A stretch of DNA of 64,000 nt from Alphaproteobacteria bacterium (GTDB lineage: Bacteria; Pseudomonadota; Alphaproteobacteria; Micropepsales; Micropepsaceae), in the NCBI GenBank assembly GCA_016124635.1, contig WGNJ01000018.1, positions 276,551 through 340,550 on the forward strand. Reading direction: 5' to 3'. Both the position numbers and the translations under genes were made by a program. Shown in pieces: positions 47,230 through 56,322 of this stretch (positions within the stretch are counted from its first letter, which is position 1; each line of letters starts with the position of its first letter). The notes beneath the pieces are model-generated. The model made no database searches. It saw only the letters and a list, made by a program, of their open reading frames with translations, and was not told where the DNA came from.

Positions 47230-48029
47230 TTTTGCAGCGCCTATTCGTTGCCGTCATTTGTGTCTGCTGGGCGATTGCGGTTGCTCCCGTTCTTGCCGCA
47301 GAAAGCGAGAGCGACGCCTCGCCATTCATCTTTGCGCCGAGCGCGCTTGCGCCTGCGCCATCCAGAGGCTGGGTGATCTTGCTGCCGGGCCAGGACGAGC
47401 TCGGGTTCAATGAGATCGCGGCGCATTACGAAAAGATCGCGCTGCTGCTCAACGCCAACGGCTTCGACACGCTGATCGTGCCCTACGAGGAAGCGTACGA
47501 CGGAGATGTCGACGGCGATGTGGATAGTGTTGGCGAGAAAATCGCCGCGGTGACGATGCGCGCGGTGAACTGGATGCGCCGCACGCATCCCGGCAAAGAG
47601 GACGATCCGGGCGCCGTGATCGCCTGGGCGGAGGGTGCGCAAGGCCTTTCGGTCTTGGCTGCCACGGGAAGCCGATATCCGCTGCCGAGACTTGTCGCTT
47701 CGGCAGCTTTCTATCCGGACATTGACGACGACCAGGTGTTCGACAGCCGTCTGCCGATGCTCGTGCAGATCGGCGCCGAAGACGAAACCGCATCAGAACT
47801 GCGGCACTACTTCCGCGCGCGCGAGCCCGGCAGCGTCGAGCCGGAAGTGATCTTTCAAGACGATGCCCGGCGCGCCTTCGACGTCGAACGCTTTGCCGAA
47901 CCCGAGACCGTGCGCGCAACGCCGCTGATTGGCGGCAGCGTGACCTTGGCTTACAATGCAGGCGCCGCGCGCGCCGCTCAACAAAAGATGCTCACGTTTC
48001 TGAAGGCGCGCCTCGAAGCACCCGAGTGA
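47226..48029 (+). CDS. secreted alpha/beta-fold (dienelactone hydrolase-like) protein, tentative
   Basis: Signal peptide [26 protein letters not shown] start overlaps the argC stop. No clean GxSxG/GxCxG nucleophile elbow is visible (AWAEGAQG instead). Confidence 0.55.
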   Translation: MILQRLFVAVICVCWAIAVAPVLAAESESDASPFIFAPSALAPAPSRGWVILLPGQDELGFNEIAAHYEKIALLLNANGFDTLIVPYEEAYDGDVDGDVDSVGEKIAAVTMRAVNWMRRTHPGKEDDPGAVIAWAEGAQGLSVLAATGSRYPLPRLVASAAFYPDIDDDQVFDSRLPMLVQIGAEDETASELRHYFRAREPGSVEPEVIFQDDARRAFDVERFAEPETVRATPLIGGSVTLAYNAGAARAAQQKMLTFLKARLEAPE

Positions 48030-48040
48030 AAGAGAGACAT

Positions 48041-48457
48041 ATGCGCACGACGCTGCTTGCTTTGGCATGTTCGTTGGCTGTCGGACTCACCGCTTGCGAG
48101 AGCACGGCATCCAACTCCGGTTTCGCCGACCAGATCCGAGGCCACACTTGGATTGCTGAAGCGATCGATAGCGAAGACGTTCTCGACGGCACCCGCGTGA
48201 CGATGACCGTCGACGGCGACAAGGTGAGCGGCAAAGCGGGCTGCAACAGCTATGGCGGCCCTGTCGAGATCAGCGGCGACCGGGTCAAGTTCGGCGCGCT
48301 GTTTTCCACCAGGATGGCCTGCATGCGCGAAGGCGTGATGGAACAGGAACAGCGTTTTCTCAGCACGCTCCGGAGAGTCACGCACGGCGAGATCCGATCC
48401 GACGGGATACTGCTCCTCAAAGGGCGCGCCGGCGTCATCGAATTCAACGCCGAATAA
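48041..48457 (+). CDS. META-domain (HslJ-like) lipoprotein
   Basis: Lipobox LAVGLTAC. META motifs GKAGCNSYGG and FSTRMAC. Confidence 0.8.
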   Translation: MRTTLLALACSLAVGLTACESTASNSGFADQIRGHTWIAEAIDSEDVLDGTRVTMTVDGDKVSGKAGCNSYGGPVEISGDRVKFGALFSTRMACMREGVMEQEQRFLSTLRRVTHGEIRSDGILLLKGRAGVIEFNAE

Positions 48458-48468
48458 GGCCGCGGGCA

Positions 48469-49374
48469 TTGCGCATCGGTATTGCACTTGGTGGCGGCGG
48501 CGCTCGGGGTTGGGCGCATATTGGTGTTCTGCGCACGCTGATCGAAGCGGGCTTTGCGCCGGAGGTCGTTGCCGGCACATCGATGGGTGCAATCGTGGGC
48601 GGCGCCTATGCGGCGGGTCGGCTGGATGCACTAGAGTCGTTTGCGCGCGGGCTTGACCGGAAGGCCGTCTGGCGTCTCGCCGATTTGAACTTGGGCGCCG
48701 GCGGCGGCCTCGTTTTGGGTGAGCGCGTATCCACGACGCTCAGAGAGGTCGTCGGCAAGTTCGACATCCGTGCGCTTGAAAAGAAGTTCGCGGCCGTCGC
48801 GACGGAGCTTGGAACCGGACATGAGGTCTGGCTCAGCGACGGCGATCTCGTCGCTGCAATGCGCGCCTCCTACTCCTTGCCCGCGATCTTCGTGCCCGTA
48901 CGGCGAGACGAGCGCGTGCTCATCGACGGCGGCATCACGAATCCCGTTCCCGTCTCGGCATGTCGCGCGATGGGCGCGCACGTCGTCGTCGCCGTGCCGC
49001 TGCCAGCAGGACCCGCGACGGGCGCGCGCTTCTCGCCGCCGGCGGTCGCGGCCGAGCGATCCGCGTGGCGCAAGGCGCTTGCCGCGTTTCGCGAGCCTGA
49101 ACGTTTCGTCGCCGCGCAGCTGTTCGGTGATACGCCCGACACGCTGACGACCGCGTCCGTTTCGGTTGGCGCGTTGAACATATTGCTCGACCGGATGACA
49201 CGCGTGCGCCTGGCAAGCGACCCGCCCGATGTCACGGTGACGTCCGAGATCGGCAGCATTGCGCTGCTCGAATTCGATCGCGCGGCAGACGCGATCCGCA
49301 TTGGCGCAGAGGCGACCAAGCGCGTCTTGCCGGAGATCGAGGCTTTGGTGAGGGCGACGGCCAAACCGCACTAG
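48469..49374 (+). CDS. patatin-like phospholipase (RssA-like)
   Basis: GIALGGGGARGWAHIGVL oxyanion motif, GTSMGA nucleophile, and DGG in VLIDGGITNP. TTG start. Confidence 0.9.
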   Translation: MRIGIALGGGGARGWAHIGVLRTLIEAGFAPEVVAGTSMGAIVGGAYAAGRLDALESFARGLDRKAVWRLADLNLGAGGGLVLGERVSTTLREVVGKFDIRALEKKFAAVATELGTGHEVWLSDGDLVAAMRASYSLPAIFVPVRRDERVLIDGGITNPVPVSACRAMGAHVVVAVPLPAGPATGARFSPPAVAAERSAWRKALAAFREPERFVAAQLFGDTPDTLTTASVSVGALNILLDRMTRVRLASDPPDVTVTSEIGSIALLEFDRAADAIRIGAEATKRVLPEIEALVRATAKPH

Positions 49375-49449
49375 CGCCGGGGTGGGTTGCTTCGCCGTTC
49401 GCCCCGCGCTGATATGTGCAGATCGCTAGCACGCTGAAAGGGCACCGAC

Positions 49450-50232
49450 ATGGCTTACGCACCGTTCAATTTGACCGGCAAGGTCGCACTCGTGACCGGC
49501 GGCAATGGCGGCATTGGGCTCGGCATGGCGGACGCGATGGCGCAAGCTGGCGCCGGTGTCGTGATCTGGGGCACGAACGAAGACAAGAACCGCAAGGCTG
49601 AAGCGCAGCTCAAGGCGCACGGCGGCAAGGTATTCGTGCAGCGCATCGACGTCTCCAAAGAATCCGAGGTCGTCCACGGCATGCGCGAGGCGGTCGCGAA
49701 GATGGGACGCGTCGACAGCGTGTTCGCGAATGCGGGCATCGGGCTCGGTGCGAAATCGTTTCTCGACATCACGGCCGAGCAGTACCGTAAGGTGCTCGCG
49801 GTGAACGAGGACGGCGTGTTCTTCACGCTACGCGAGGGTGCGCGGCACATGCGCGAGCGCGCGCAAGCGGGCGATCGCGGCGGCTCGCTGGTCGGCGTCG
49901 CCAGTCTCGCGGCGATCGAAGGTGCCGCGCGCAATCAGCACTACGCGGCGACCAAGGGCGCGGTGATCTCGATGATCAAAGGTATCGCGGTCGAGTTCGC
50001 GCGCGACGGCGTTAGGGCGAACTCCATTCTTCCGGGGTGGATCGCGACCGACATGACATCGGGCGCGCAATCGTCGCCGGCGTTCGCCGAAAAGGTGATC
50101 CCGCGCGTGCCGGCGCGGCGCTGGGGCGAGCCCGCCGACTTCGGAGGCATCGCGGTCTATCTCACGAGCGACGCATCGGCTTATCACTCCGGCGATACGT
50201 TCGTGATCGACGGCGGCTACGCGATCTTCTAG
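49450..50232 (+). CDS. SDR-family oxidoreductase
   Basis: ALVTGGNGGIGLGMA, NAGIG, YAATKGAV. Confidence 0.9.
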   Translation: MAYAPFNLTGKVALVTGGNGGIGLGMADAMAQAGAGVVIWGTNEDKNRKAEAQLKAHGGKVFVQRIDVSKESEVVHGMREAVAKMGRVDSVFANAGIGLGAKSFLDITAEQYRKVLAVNEDGVFFTLREGARHMRERAQAGDRGGSLVGVASLAAIEGAARNQHYAATKGAVISMIKGIAVEFARDGVRANSILPGWIATDMTSGAQSSPAFAEKVIPRVPARRWGEPADFGGIAVYLTSDASAYHSGDTFVIDGGYAIF

Positions 50233-50243
50233 TGAACAAAAAA

Positions 50244-50267
50244 GGCCGCCCATTTGTCTGGGCGGCC
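50244..50267. terminator. GC hairpin GGCCGCCCA-TTTGTC-TGGGCGGCC preceded by an A-run
   Basis: It starts 12 nt after the SDR stop. The U-tract would be on the minus-strand reading, so the orientation is ambiguous. Confidence 0.45.
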
Positions 50268-50356
50268 CGAGGCCAAGCGCCATTAATCCGCATTGGCTCC
50301 TCTAGGATAGCCGAAAGAAATAGTCTGGAAAAGAGGCTTTCTGCTCTTTAGTTGGA

Positions 50357-50383
50357 GACCCCTCATTCGCAAAAGGAGGGGTC
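50357..50383 (+). promoter_or_regulatory. SD-sequestering hairpin directly abutting the start codon of the Hsp70-like gene
   Basis: GACCCCTC (50357..50364) pairs perfectly with GAGGGGTC (50376..50383). The 11-nt loop is ATTCGCAAAAG. The SD GGAGG (50375..50379) is largely inside the stem, and the ATG is at 50384. Confidence 0.55.
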
Positions 50384-51637
50384 ATGAACGCGGCCGGATT
50401 CGACTTCGGGACTTCCAACTCCGCCATCGGCATCGTCGGCGGCAACGGCGCCAGGCTTGCGCCTGTCGAAGGCGACGCGACGATGTTGCCGTCGGCGGTG
50501 TTCTTCGATTTCAACGACCACGACAAGCCGTTCTACGGACGCAGCGCCATCGACAGCTACACGGCCGGTAATGACGGGCGGCTGATGCGCAGTCTGAAGA
50601 CGATCCTGTCGACATCCTTGATCAACGAGCGCACCGCGCTGTCAAAGCGCTCGATCTTGCTGACGGACGTGATCGCGATGTTCACGCGGCATATGCGCAG
50701 CTGTGCAGAGGAAGCGCTGGGCGCGCCGATCGAGGCCGTCGTGCACGGGCGGCCCGTGCGCTTCGTCGAAGGCGACGACGCGGCAGACCGGCTCGCCGAG
50801 GACACCTTGCGCGCAGTGGCGCAGAAGGCCGGTTACAGCGATATCTCGTTCGTCTACGAACCGATCGCGGCGGCGACGCAATATGAGCAAAGTGCGACGC
50901 GCGAGGAGATCGTGCTCGTCGCCGACATCGGCGGCGGCACATCGGATTTTTCGATCGTGCGGATCGGACCTGAGCGGCGCGGCGCCGAAGACCGGCGCGG
51001 CGACATCCTCGCGAACACCGGCGTGCGCGTCGGCGGGACCGATTTCGACCGCAACCTGAGCATGAACGCTGTGATGCCGTTGCTGGGCCTGGGCTCCGAG
51101 CTCGTCGACAAGAGCCTGCCGATGCCGCGCTCGACCTATGCCGATCTCGCATGGTGGCCGACGATCAATCTGACCTACACATCGAAGGCGTTGCGCGAGG
51201 CGAACGAAGTGCATCGCCTCGCGGTCGAGCCGCAGAAGACCGCGCGCCTGTTGACGGTGTTGAACAAGCATCTCGGCCATCGCATCGCCTTCGCAGTCGA
51301 GGGCGGAAAGATCGCGCTGACCGACGCTGAGCGGACAGCGATCGCGCTCGCTTTCGTCGAAGCCGGTCTCGAGGCGCCGGCGACGCGCGACGAATTCGAG
51401 GAAGCGATCGAGCGCGAGCTCATGCGGCTCAGGATCTCGGTATGGGACTGCCTCGCCCTCGCCGATCTTCAGGACACGGACATCGACACCGTGTTCATGA
51501 CCGGCGGCTCGAGCCTCGTGCCGGCTGTCGAAGCCGTGGTCGCGCAGGAACTCACCAACGCCAGCGTGCGCCGCGGCGACGATTTTCTCTCGGTCGCCAT
51601 GGGCCTGACACTCGAAGCGCAGAAGCGGTATGGGTGA
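50384..51637 (+). CDS. Hsp70-family ATPase (YegD-like, lacks a canonical DnaK substrate-binding domain by length)
   Basis: GFDFGTSNSAIG (phosphate-1), DIGGGTSDFS (phosphate-2), MTGGSSLVPAV (adenosine motif). 417 aa. Confidence 0.9.
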   Translation: MNAAGFDFGTSNSAIGIVGGNGARLAPVEGDATMLPSAVFFDFNDHDKPFYGRSAIDSYTAGNDGRLMRSLKTILSTSLINERTALSKRSILLTDVIAMFTRHMRSCAEEALGAPIEAVVHGRPVRFVEGDDAADRLAEDTLRAVAQKAGYSDISFVYEPIAAATQYEQSATREEIVLVADIGGGTSDFSIVRIGPERRGAEDRRGDILANTGVRVGGTDFDRNLSMNAVMPLLGLGSELVDKSLPMPRSTYADLAWWPTINLTYTSKALREANEVHRLAVEPQKTARLLTVLNKHLGHRIAFAVEGGKIALTDAERTAIALAFVEAGLEAPATRDEFEEAIERELMRLRISVWDCLALADLQDTDIDTVFMTGGSSLVPAVEAVVAQELTNASVRRGDDFLSVAMGLTLEAQKRYG

Positions 51638-51661
51638 GCGATCCGCGATCGGCAGACGCGC

Positions 51662-52315
51662 CTAGCGGCGACTGCCCCGGGTCAATAAGTCCCGATATTG
51701 TGGCGCCAGCTGACCGGATATCGCCTGGATGTCACGCGGGCTCGGCACAACGGAGCGGAAGCGGACATATGACATTGCCGCAGGGTGACCACCTTGGCCC
51801 TGCAAGCTCGAAGTGAGCGGATTGGCGAGCTTCCTCAACGTGCTCTCAAAGGTGTCGACGAAGTCCTGGATATTCACCGCCAAGTTCTGGCGCGTGACGC
51901 CGCCGTCGATGATTAGCACGTGCGCGAAGGCGATCGTGTTTCCTCCAACCTTGAAGCTCGAGAGGTAGATGTTATCGCTATTGATCTTGATCAGCTGATC
52001 AGACGTGAGCGTCGTCGGACTCGTATCGACCAGTGCCATCGGAGCCACCACGATGCATTTGCCGGCGTCGCACGCTGTGACGCTGACGGTGTAGGACTGC
52101 TCGCCATGGAAGAAGGTTACGGTCTTCTGATTGTTGTCGTCATGAGTCTCGACGCGCTGACCGCCGACCTCGGCAATGATTGCAGCGACCGTTGCGACGT
52201 CGGCGCTGTCCAACACCTTTGAGGGATCGCTGACCACCTTGTTTTTGGCGAAAGCCGAGCCGGCGGCGAAGATTGTGAGGGCGAGTGCCGCGAGGACAAT
52301 GCTTGGTCTGTGCAT
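51662..52315 (-). CDS. secreted hypothetical protein (possibly YbjN-like fold)
   Basis: ATG 52315 gives the signal peptide MHRPSIVLAALALTIFAAGSAFA. The family assignment is only a weak impression from the alternating beta/alpha pattern. Confidence 0.55.
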   Translation of the reverse strand: MHRPSIVLAALALTIFAAGSAFAKNKVVSDPSKVLDSADVATVAAIIAEVGGQRVETHDDNNQKTVTFFHGEQSYTVSVTACDAGKCIVVAPMALVDTSPTTLTSDQLIKINSDNIYLSSFKVGGNTIAFAHVLIIDGGVTRQNLAVNIQDFVDTFESTLRKLANPLTSSLQGQGGHPAAMSYVRFRSVVPSPRDIQAISGQLAPQYRDLLTRGSRR

Positions 52316-52491
52316 GACATCTCTCCAATTTGTTGAAGAGACGCTAGGCCACATTTGTGCGACCCGGCAACGCAGCCGCATCAACATTTGTGCCGCATTG
52401 TGATGATCGCCTGTGCACGCCGACACCGGCACGCGAGTGAGCCCTGAAGCGCACAACCCGCAGGAGCTTATTCAGCCTGGGATCGTCAGCG

Positions 52492-53253
52492 TCACTTCAC
52501 CGTTAGCGGGCCGCGGCGGGGATCGGTGCGCGTCATGTGCGTGTCGGCAGTGAGCTTCACGCCCATCTCGCCCAGCACGCGGCGATGGTCGGCGATCTGC
52601 GTACGCACGAGCGGAGCGCCCATCTTTTCGAAACGCGCGAAGGCGTCTTCGTCGCGCAGGCGACGTACCCACGCCATCGTCTTCGGCCAACGGTTGGCAT
52701 CGGGTTCGACGCGCGCCCAACTCAGATTGGCGAAATAGGGCACGATCGAAATATCGGCGATAGAAATGTCGCCGAAGATATAGCCGTGAGCCGGCGCCCA
52801 CTCTTCCAGGTAGTCCATGACCGGCGGCAACTCTTCCATCACCGCGCGCTCGACCGCCGCCTTGTCGCGCGGCCTATTCCAAACGCCTGGATCGATGACG
52901 GCCGCTTGAAAGATCTTCCAGGCGAAGACATCGGCGATGCGCGTGTCCGCAAACTCCTCAAGCCAGCGCGCCTCGGCACGCTTGACGATGTCCTTCGGAT
53001 AGAGATGCGGCGTCGGATAGGCATCTTCGAGATATTGGCAGATGACGCTCGAGTCGCAGAGCGTGGCGTGCGCGTCGCGGTAGACCGGAATGCGGCGGAC
53101 GGGCGAAAGCTTGGTGAAGTGCTCGTCGCCGTAGAATGCGACGAGCGGATCAATTTCGATCTCGATGCCCTTCAGCGCGCAGGCGGCGAAGACCTTGCGC
53201 GCATAGGGCGAGATCGGCGAGCCGATGACTGTGGCGGATTTCATCTCCATCAC
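52492..53253 (-). CDS. glutathione S-transferase family protein
   Basis: SPISPYARKVFAACALKGIEIEIDPL ... SPVRRIPVYRDAHATLCDSSVICQYLEDAYP. Confidence 0.88.
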   Translation of the reverse strand: MMEMKSATVIGSPISPYARKVFAACALKGIEIEIDPLVAFYGDEHFTKLSPVRRIPVYRDAHATLCDSSVICQYLEDAYPTPHLYPKDIVKRAEARWLEEFADTRIADVFAWKIFQAAVIDPGVWNRPRDKAAVERAVMEELPPVMDYLEEWAPAHGYIFGDISIADISIVPYFANLSWARVEPDANRWPKTMAWVRRLRDEDAFARFEKMGAPLVRTQIADHRRVLGEMGVKLTADTHMTRTDPRRGPLTVK

Positions 53254-53681
53254 TCAGTTTGGTACATTAACGCTCTACGGTCCATTTCGGGTGTCCCCCC
53301 TCTCAGCTCCGAGATTGGCTCGCTACTACCCTTCGCAATGACATCTATTTTGGTGGCATCGAGCCCGTGGTGAACGAGATCCGCCCTTACGGCTTCGGCT
53401 CGACATCGCGAAAGTGCAATCACCTTGGTGTCCACGCCCTCGTCTTTGCCCGCGTTGCCTTCCACGACGAAGTGTCTACCATGACCTTTCGTTGCCTCAT
53501 CAGCGAACTCGGCGACGACGGTGTCGGCCTCAGCAGTGATGGTGCAGCTGCCCTTTGCAAAAAATGCAATGAAATCCATATTTGCAAGAGCTGCCGGGGC
53601 GATGGTTGCGCCGATTGCCGGCGCAACAATCGCGAGTGCAAGCCGACGAACCGGCGTTAATCGCAGACCAGTTCGCCCCAT
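53250..53681 (-). CDS. OmpA-like (OmpA/MotB C-terminal domain) periplasmic protein
   Basis: Signal LALAIVAPAIGATIAPAALA. OmpA-like FFAKGSCTITAEAD...FVVEGNAGKDEG...ALSRCRAEAVRADLVHHGLDATKIDVIAKGSSEP. The 4-nt stop/start overlap with the GST gene suggests an operon. Confidence 0.7.
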   Translation of the reverse strand: MGRTGLRLTPVRRLALAIVAPAIGATIAPAALANMDFIAFFAKGSCTITAEADTVVAEFADEATKGHGRHFVVEGNAGKDEGVDTKVIALSRCRAEAVRADLVHHGLDATKIDVIAKGSSEPISELRGGTPEMDRRALMYQTE

Positions 53682-54085
53682 TGGGTTCGCTTGTTGCGCT
53701 TGAGACAGGCTTCGGATGGTTCGATGTAGTGACCGTCGGGCGACCACTGCGCCTTGCCGCGCTGCGAGGCCGCGTACCATTCCTTTTCGCATTTGTCCGC
53801 GCTGTCTTGGCCGTGCGATTCCGGACGGAAGCCCTGGTAATTGCACAGGATGATCGCCCACCACATCTCGCTCGGCGAATTCAGGATGCGGTCCTTGAGA
53901 TATTTCGGCGCCTTGGCCCACCACTTGGGCAAGTTGGCCTTAAATTGTTCCGGGACGCGCTCATAGGAGATTTCCATGAACTGATCACTGGTATACGGCG
54001 GCCCCTTGTCGACAACCGCTGCGATCGCAACGCCGACGAAAATCGCGATTGCAAACGCCGAGGCGGACAGCACGCGAAAAGCCAT
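53657..54085 (-). CDS. hypothetical membrane-anchored or secreted Cys-containing protein
   Basis: ATG 54085 gives MAFRVLSASAFAIAIFVGVAIAAV. 4 Cys. Its 3' end overlaps the OmpA-like start by 25 nt. Confidence 0.55.
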   Translation of the reverse strand: MAFRVLSASAFAIAIFVGVAIAAVVDKGPPYTSDQFMEISYERVPEQFKANLPKWWAKAPKYLKDRILNSPSEMWWAIILCNYQGFRPESHGQDSADKCEKEWYAASQRGKAQWSPDGHYIEPSEACLKRNKRTQWGELVCD

Positions 54086-54227
54086 TGTTTCCTCCAAAAA
54101 TTCGTTCTTAGTCAGAATGTTAGCCGAAGGCCGAGGTCGGTCCAACGGTCATTTTCGCGGAGCCTCGGGGTTGTCCTTTGTGCCGGTTTCCGCATGATGA
54201 AGCACCTGGGCTTGGGGCTTACCGAAT

Positions 54228-55049
54228 ATGGACACCTTTCCGAGCGCCGACGCGGTTGTACCGATCATCTTGGGAGCGGCTGCGCTTGTGTTGTTTGCGT
54301 GGCTAATCCTGTCGCGACGGCAACAAGTCGTCGTTTACGAATGGCATTGGGGGTTGCATTTCCGACGCGGGCGGTTCGTGCGCGTGCTGAAGCCCGGGCT
54401 GTATCGTTTTTTCCAACCACCGTCGACGTGGATGCTGCTCGATCGGCGGGTGCAGGCGCTTGCCGTTCCGGGGCAAGAGGTGCTGACCAAGGATGCGCTC
54501 GGCATCAAGCTGACACTGCACGCCGAATATCAGATCGAAGATGCGGTCAGGCTGATCAGGACGTTGCCGGCGTGGACGCAAGCCGACGTTGCGACGGCCA
54601 TCTATCCGATCATTCAGCTGCCGATCCGTGAAGCGGCGGCGGAGCATACGCTCGACGAACTCTTGCAGAACCGGGACATGCTGCCTGAGCGCGTGATGAT
54701 CGCGGCGTCGGCACGGCTCGCCGATACCGGCGTCAAGCTCGTGCGGGTCGCGGTACGCGACATCATGATCCCGGCGTCGCTGCGCGATGCGTTTGCGGCG
54801 GCAACCATTGCGCAGAAGCAAGGCGCCGCATCGCTCGAGCGTGCGCGGTCCGAGGTCGCTTCCATGCGCGCGCTCGCGAACGCGGCGCGGATGGCGCAGG
54901 ACCACCCGTCCCTCCTCCAGCTGCGTGCGCTGCAAACGATGCAAGCGAGCGACGGCAAGAACACGATCGTGCTGGATCTTTCCGGCAAAGGCGCCGGCAT
55001 CGCGAAAACCGACAGCGACGCGCTTGGCGAGGACGACAAGACTGAGTAG
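54228..55049 (+). CDS. SPFH/band-7 domain protein (slipin/HflC-like)
   Basis: N-terminal TM VVPIILGAAALVLFAWLIL, then an SPFH core (VLTKDALGIKLTLHAEYQIEDAV...) and an Ala/Arg-rich coiled region. Confidence 0.88.
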   Translation: MDTFPSADAVVPIILGAAALVLFAWLILSRRQQVVVYEWHWGLHFRRGRFVRVLKPGLYRFFQPPSTWMLLDRRVQALAVPGQEVLTKDALGIKLTLHAEYQIEDAVRLIRTLPAWTQADVATAIYPIIQLPIREAAAEHTLDELLQNRDMLPERVMIAASARLADTGVKLVRVAVRDIMIPASLRDAFAAATIAQKQGAASLERARSEVASMRALANAARMAQDHPSLLQLRALQTMQASDGKNTIVLDLSGKGAGIAKTDSDALGEDDKTE

Positions 55050-55350
55050 GATTCGGAGCCTGTTGGCTCCAGCCGAGCATCGCGAAGCCGGATTGCTGTT
55101 AGGCCTGGGTTCGAATCCCAATCGCTTTAGGTGCAACTGAGGAACGGCCGTCGTTTCCCGCGCGAGAGCGCAGCATGTGATGGGCCCTGCGGGCTTTCGG
55201 ACCCCCGCCCATCGGATGTGGAGATTGCGGCCGTTTCGTTTTTTGAACTCGCCATTCTGCCGTAGCGTCAACGCAAGCCGCTTTGGACTTGAGCCGCACG
55301 CGAGCTGCGGCACAGAATGGAACGAACGCTATTCGCCGGAGATATTCGCC

Positions 55351-56319
55351 ATGACCATTCGTACGCCGATCTGCGACCTGCTCGGCATTCAGTATCCCAT
55401 CCTCCTCGCTGGCATGGGCGGTGTCTCCTATGCGGAAGTTTGCGCAGCGGTCTCCGAGGCCGGCGGCTTCGGCACGCTCGGCATGGCTGGACGGCGGCCG
55501 AAGGAAATCCGCGAACAGATGAAGCGCGTGAAGCAGCTGACCAAGAAGCCGTTCGGCGTCGACCTTCTCGCCGCCGTGCCCGAGAGCCTCGAGGAATGCG
55601 CCGACATGATCATCGAGGAAGGCGCCTCAGCGTTCATCTCGGGGCTCGGCGTGCCGCCTCGTCATTTGGTCGATCGCTTCCACGCGGCGGGGCTCAAGGT
55701 GATGAATGTGTGCGGCACGGTTCGCCACGCGAAGGCCGGCGAAGACGGCGGGCTCGACGCCGTCGTGGCGCAAGGCACCGAAGCCGGCGGTCACACCGGC
55801 AGGATCGCCGGCATGGCGCTGGTGCCGCAGATCGTCGATGCGGTGAAGATTCCGGTGCTTGCGGCGGGCGCGATCGTCGACGGACGCGGGCTTGTGGCGG
55901 CGCTGGCGCTCGGCGCGCAAGGCGTTTGGATGGGCACGCGTTTCATCGCGTCGACCGAAGCGCATGCCGGCGAGATGTACCGCCAGGTCATCGTCGATGC
56001 GCGCGACGAGGACACCATCATCACGCGCGCCTATTCGGGCAAGCCGATGCGCGTGTTCAAGAACGACTACGTGGCCGATTGGGAGCGGCGGCCGAACGAG
56101 ATCAAGCCGTTTCCGCTACAGGCCGCGATTTCCGTGCAAGCAGGCGTGATGGGCGGTATCGGCGGTCAGACCGAGGGGCTCGATCGCGCACGCTCCGCCT
56201 TCGCGATGGGTCAAGGCGCAGGCGCGATCCACGAGGTGCTGCCCTGCGCGGAAATCATCCGGGGTGTGATGGCGCAAGCCGAGCAGATCATCGGCAAGAT
56301 GAACGCGCTGCGGGCTTAA
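55351..56319 (+). CDS. nitronate monooxygenase / NMO-family FMN oxidoreductase
   Basis: ICDLLGIQYPILLAGMGGVS, VVAQGTEAGGHTG, GAQGVWMGTRF. ATG 55351 lies inside the longer listed ORF. Confidence 0.92.
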   Translation: MTIRTPICDLLGIQYPILLAGMGGVSYAEVCAAVSEAGGFGTLGMAGRRPKEIREQMKRVKQLTKKPFGVDLLAAVPESLEECADMIIEEGASAFISGLGVPPRHLVDRFHAAGLKVMNVCGTVRHAKAGEDGGLDAVVAQGTEAGGHTGRIAGMALVPQIVDAVKIPVLAAGAIVDGRGLVAALALGAQGVWMGTRFIASTEAHAGEMYRQVIVDARDEDTIITRAYSGKPMRVFKNDYVADWERRPNEIKPFPLQAAISVQAGVMGGIGGQTEGLDRARSAFAMGQGAGAIHEVLPCAEIIRGVMAQAEQIIGKMNALRA

Positions 56320-56322
56320 TCC

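Noticed and set aside
55105-55129. tRNA-like T-arm (CTGGG-TTCGAAT-CCCAA, then TCGCTTT-A) in the SPFH/NMO intergenic region, preceded by a GGAGCC-TGTT-GGCTCC hairpin at 55055..55070.
   Set aside because: No complementary 5' acceptor strand (AAAGCGA), D-arm or anticodon arm could be found upstream. It is therefore not a complete tRNA. It could be a tRNA 3' remnant or att relic, but 17 nt of similarity is too little to claim. tRNAscan/ARAGORN plus a search for a matching full tRNA elsewhere would settle it.
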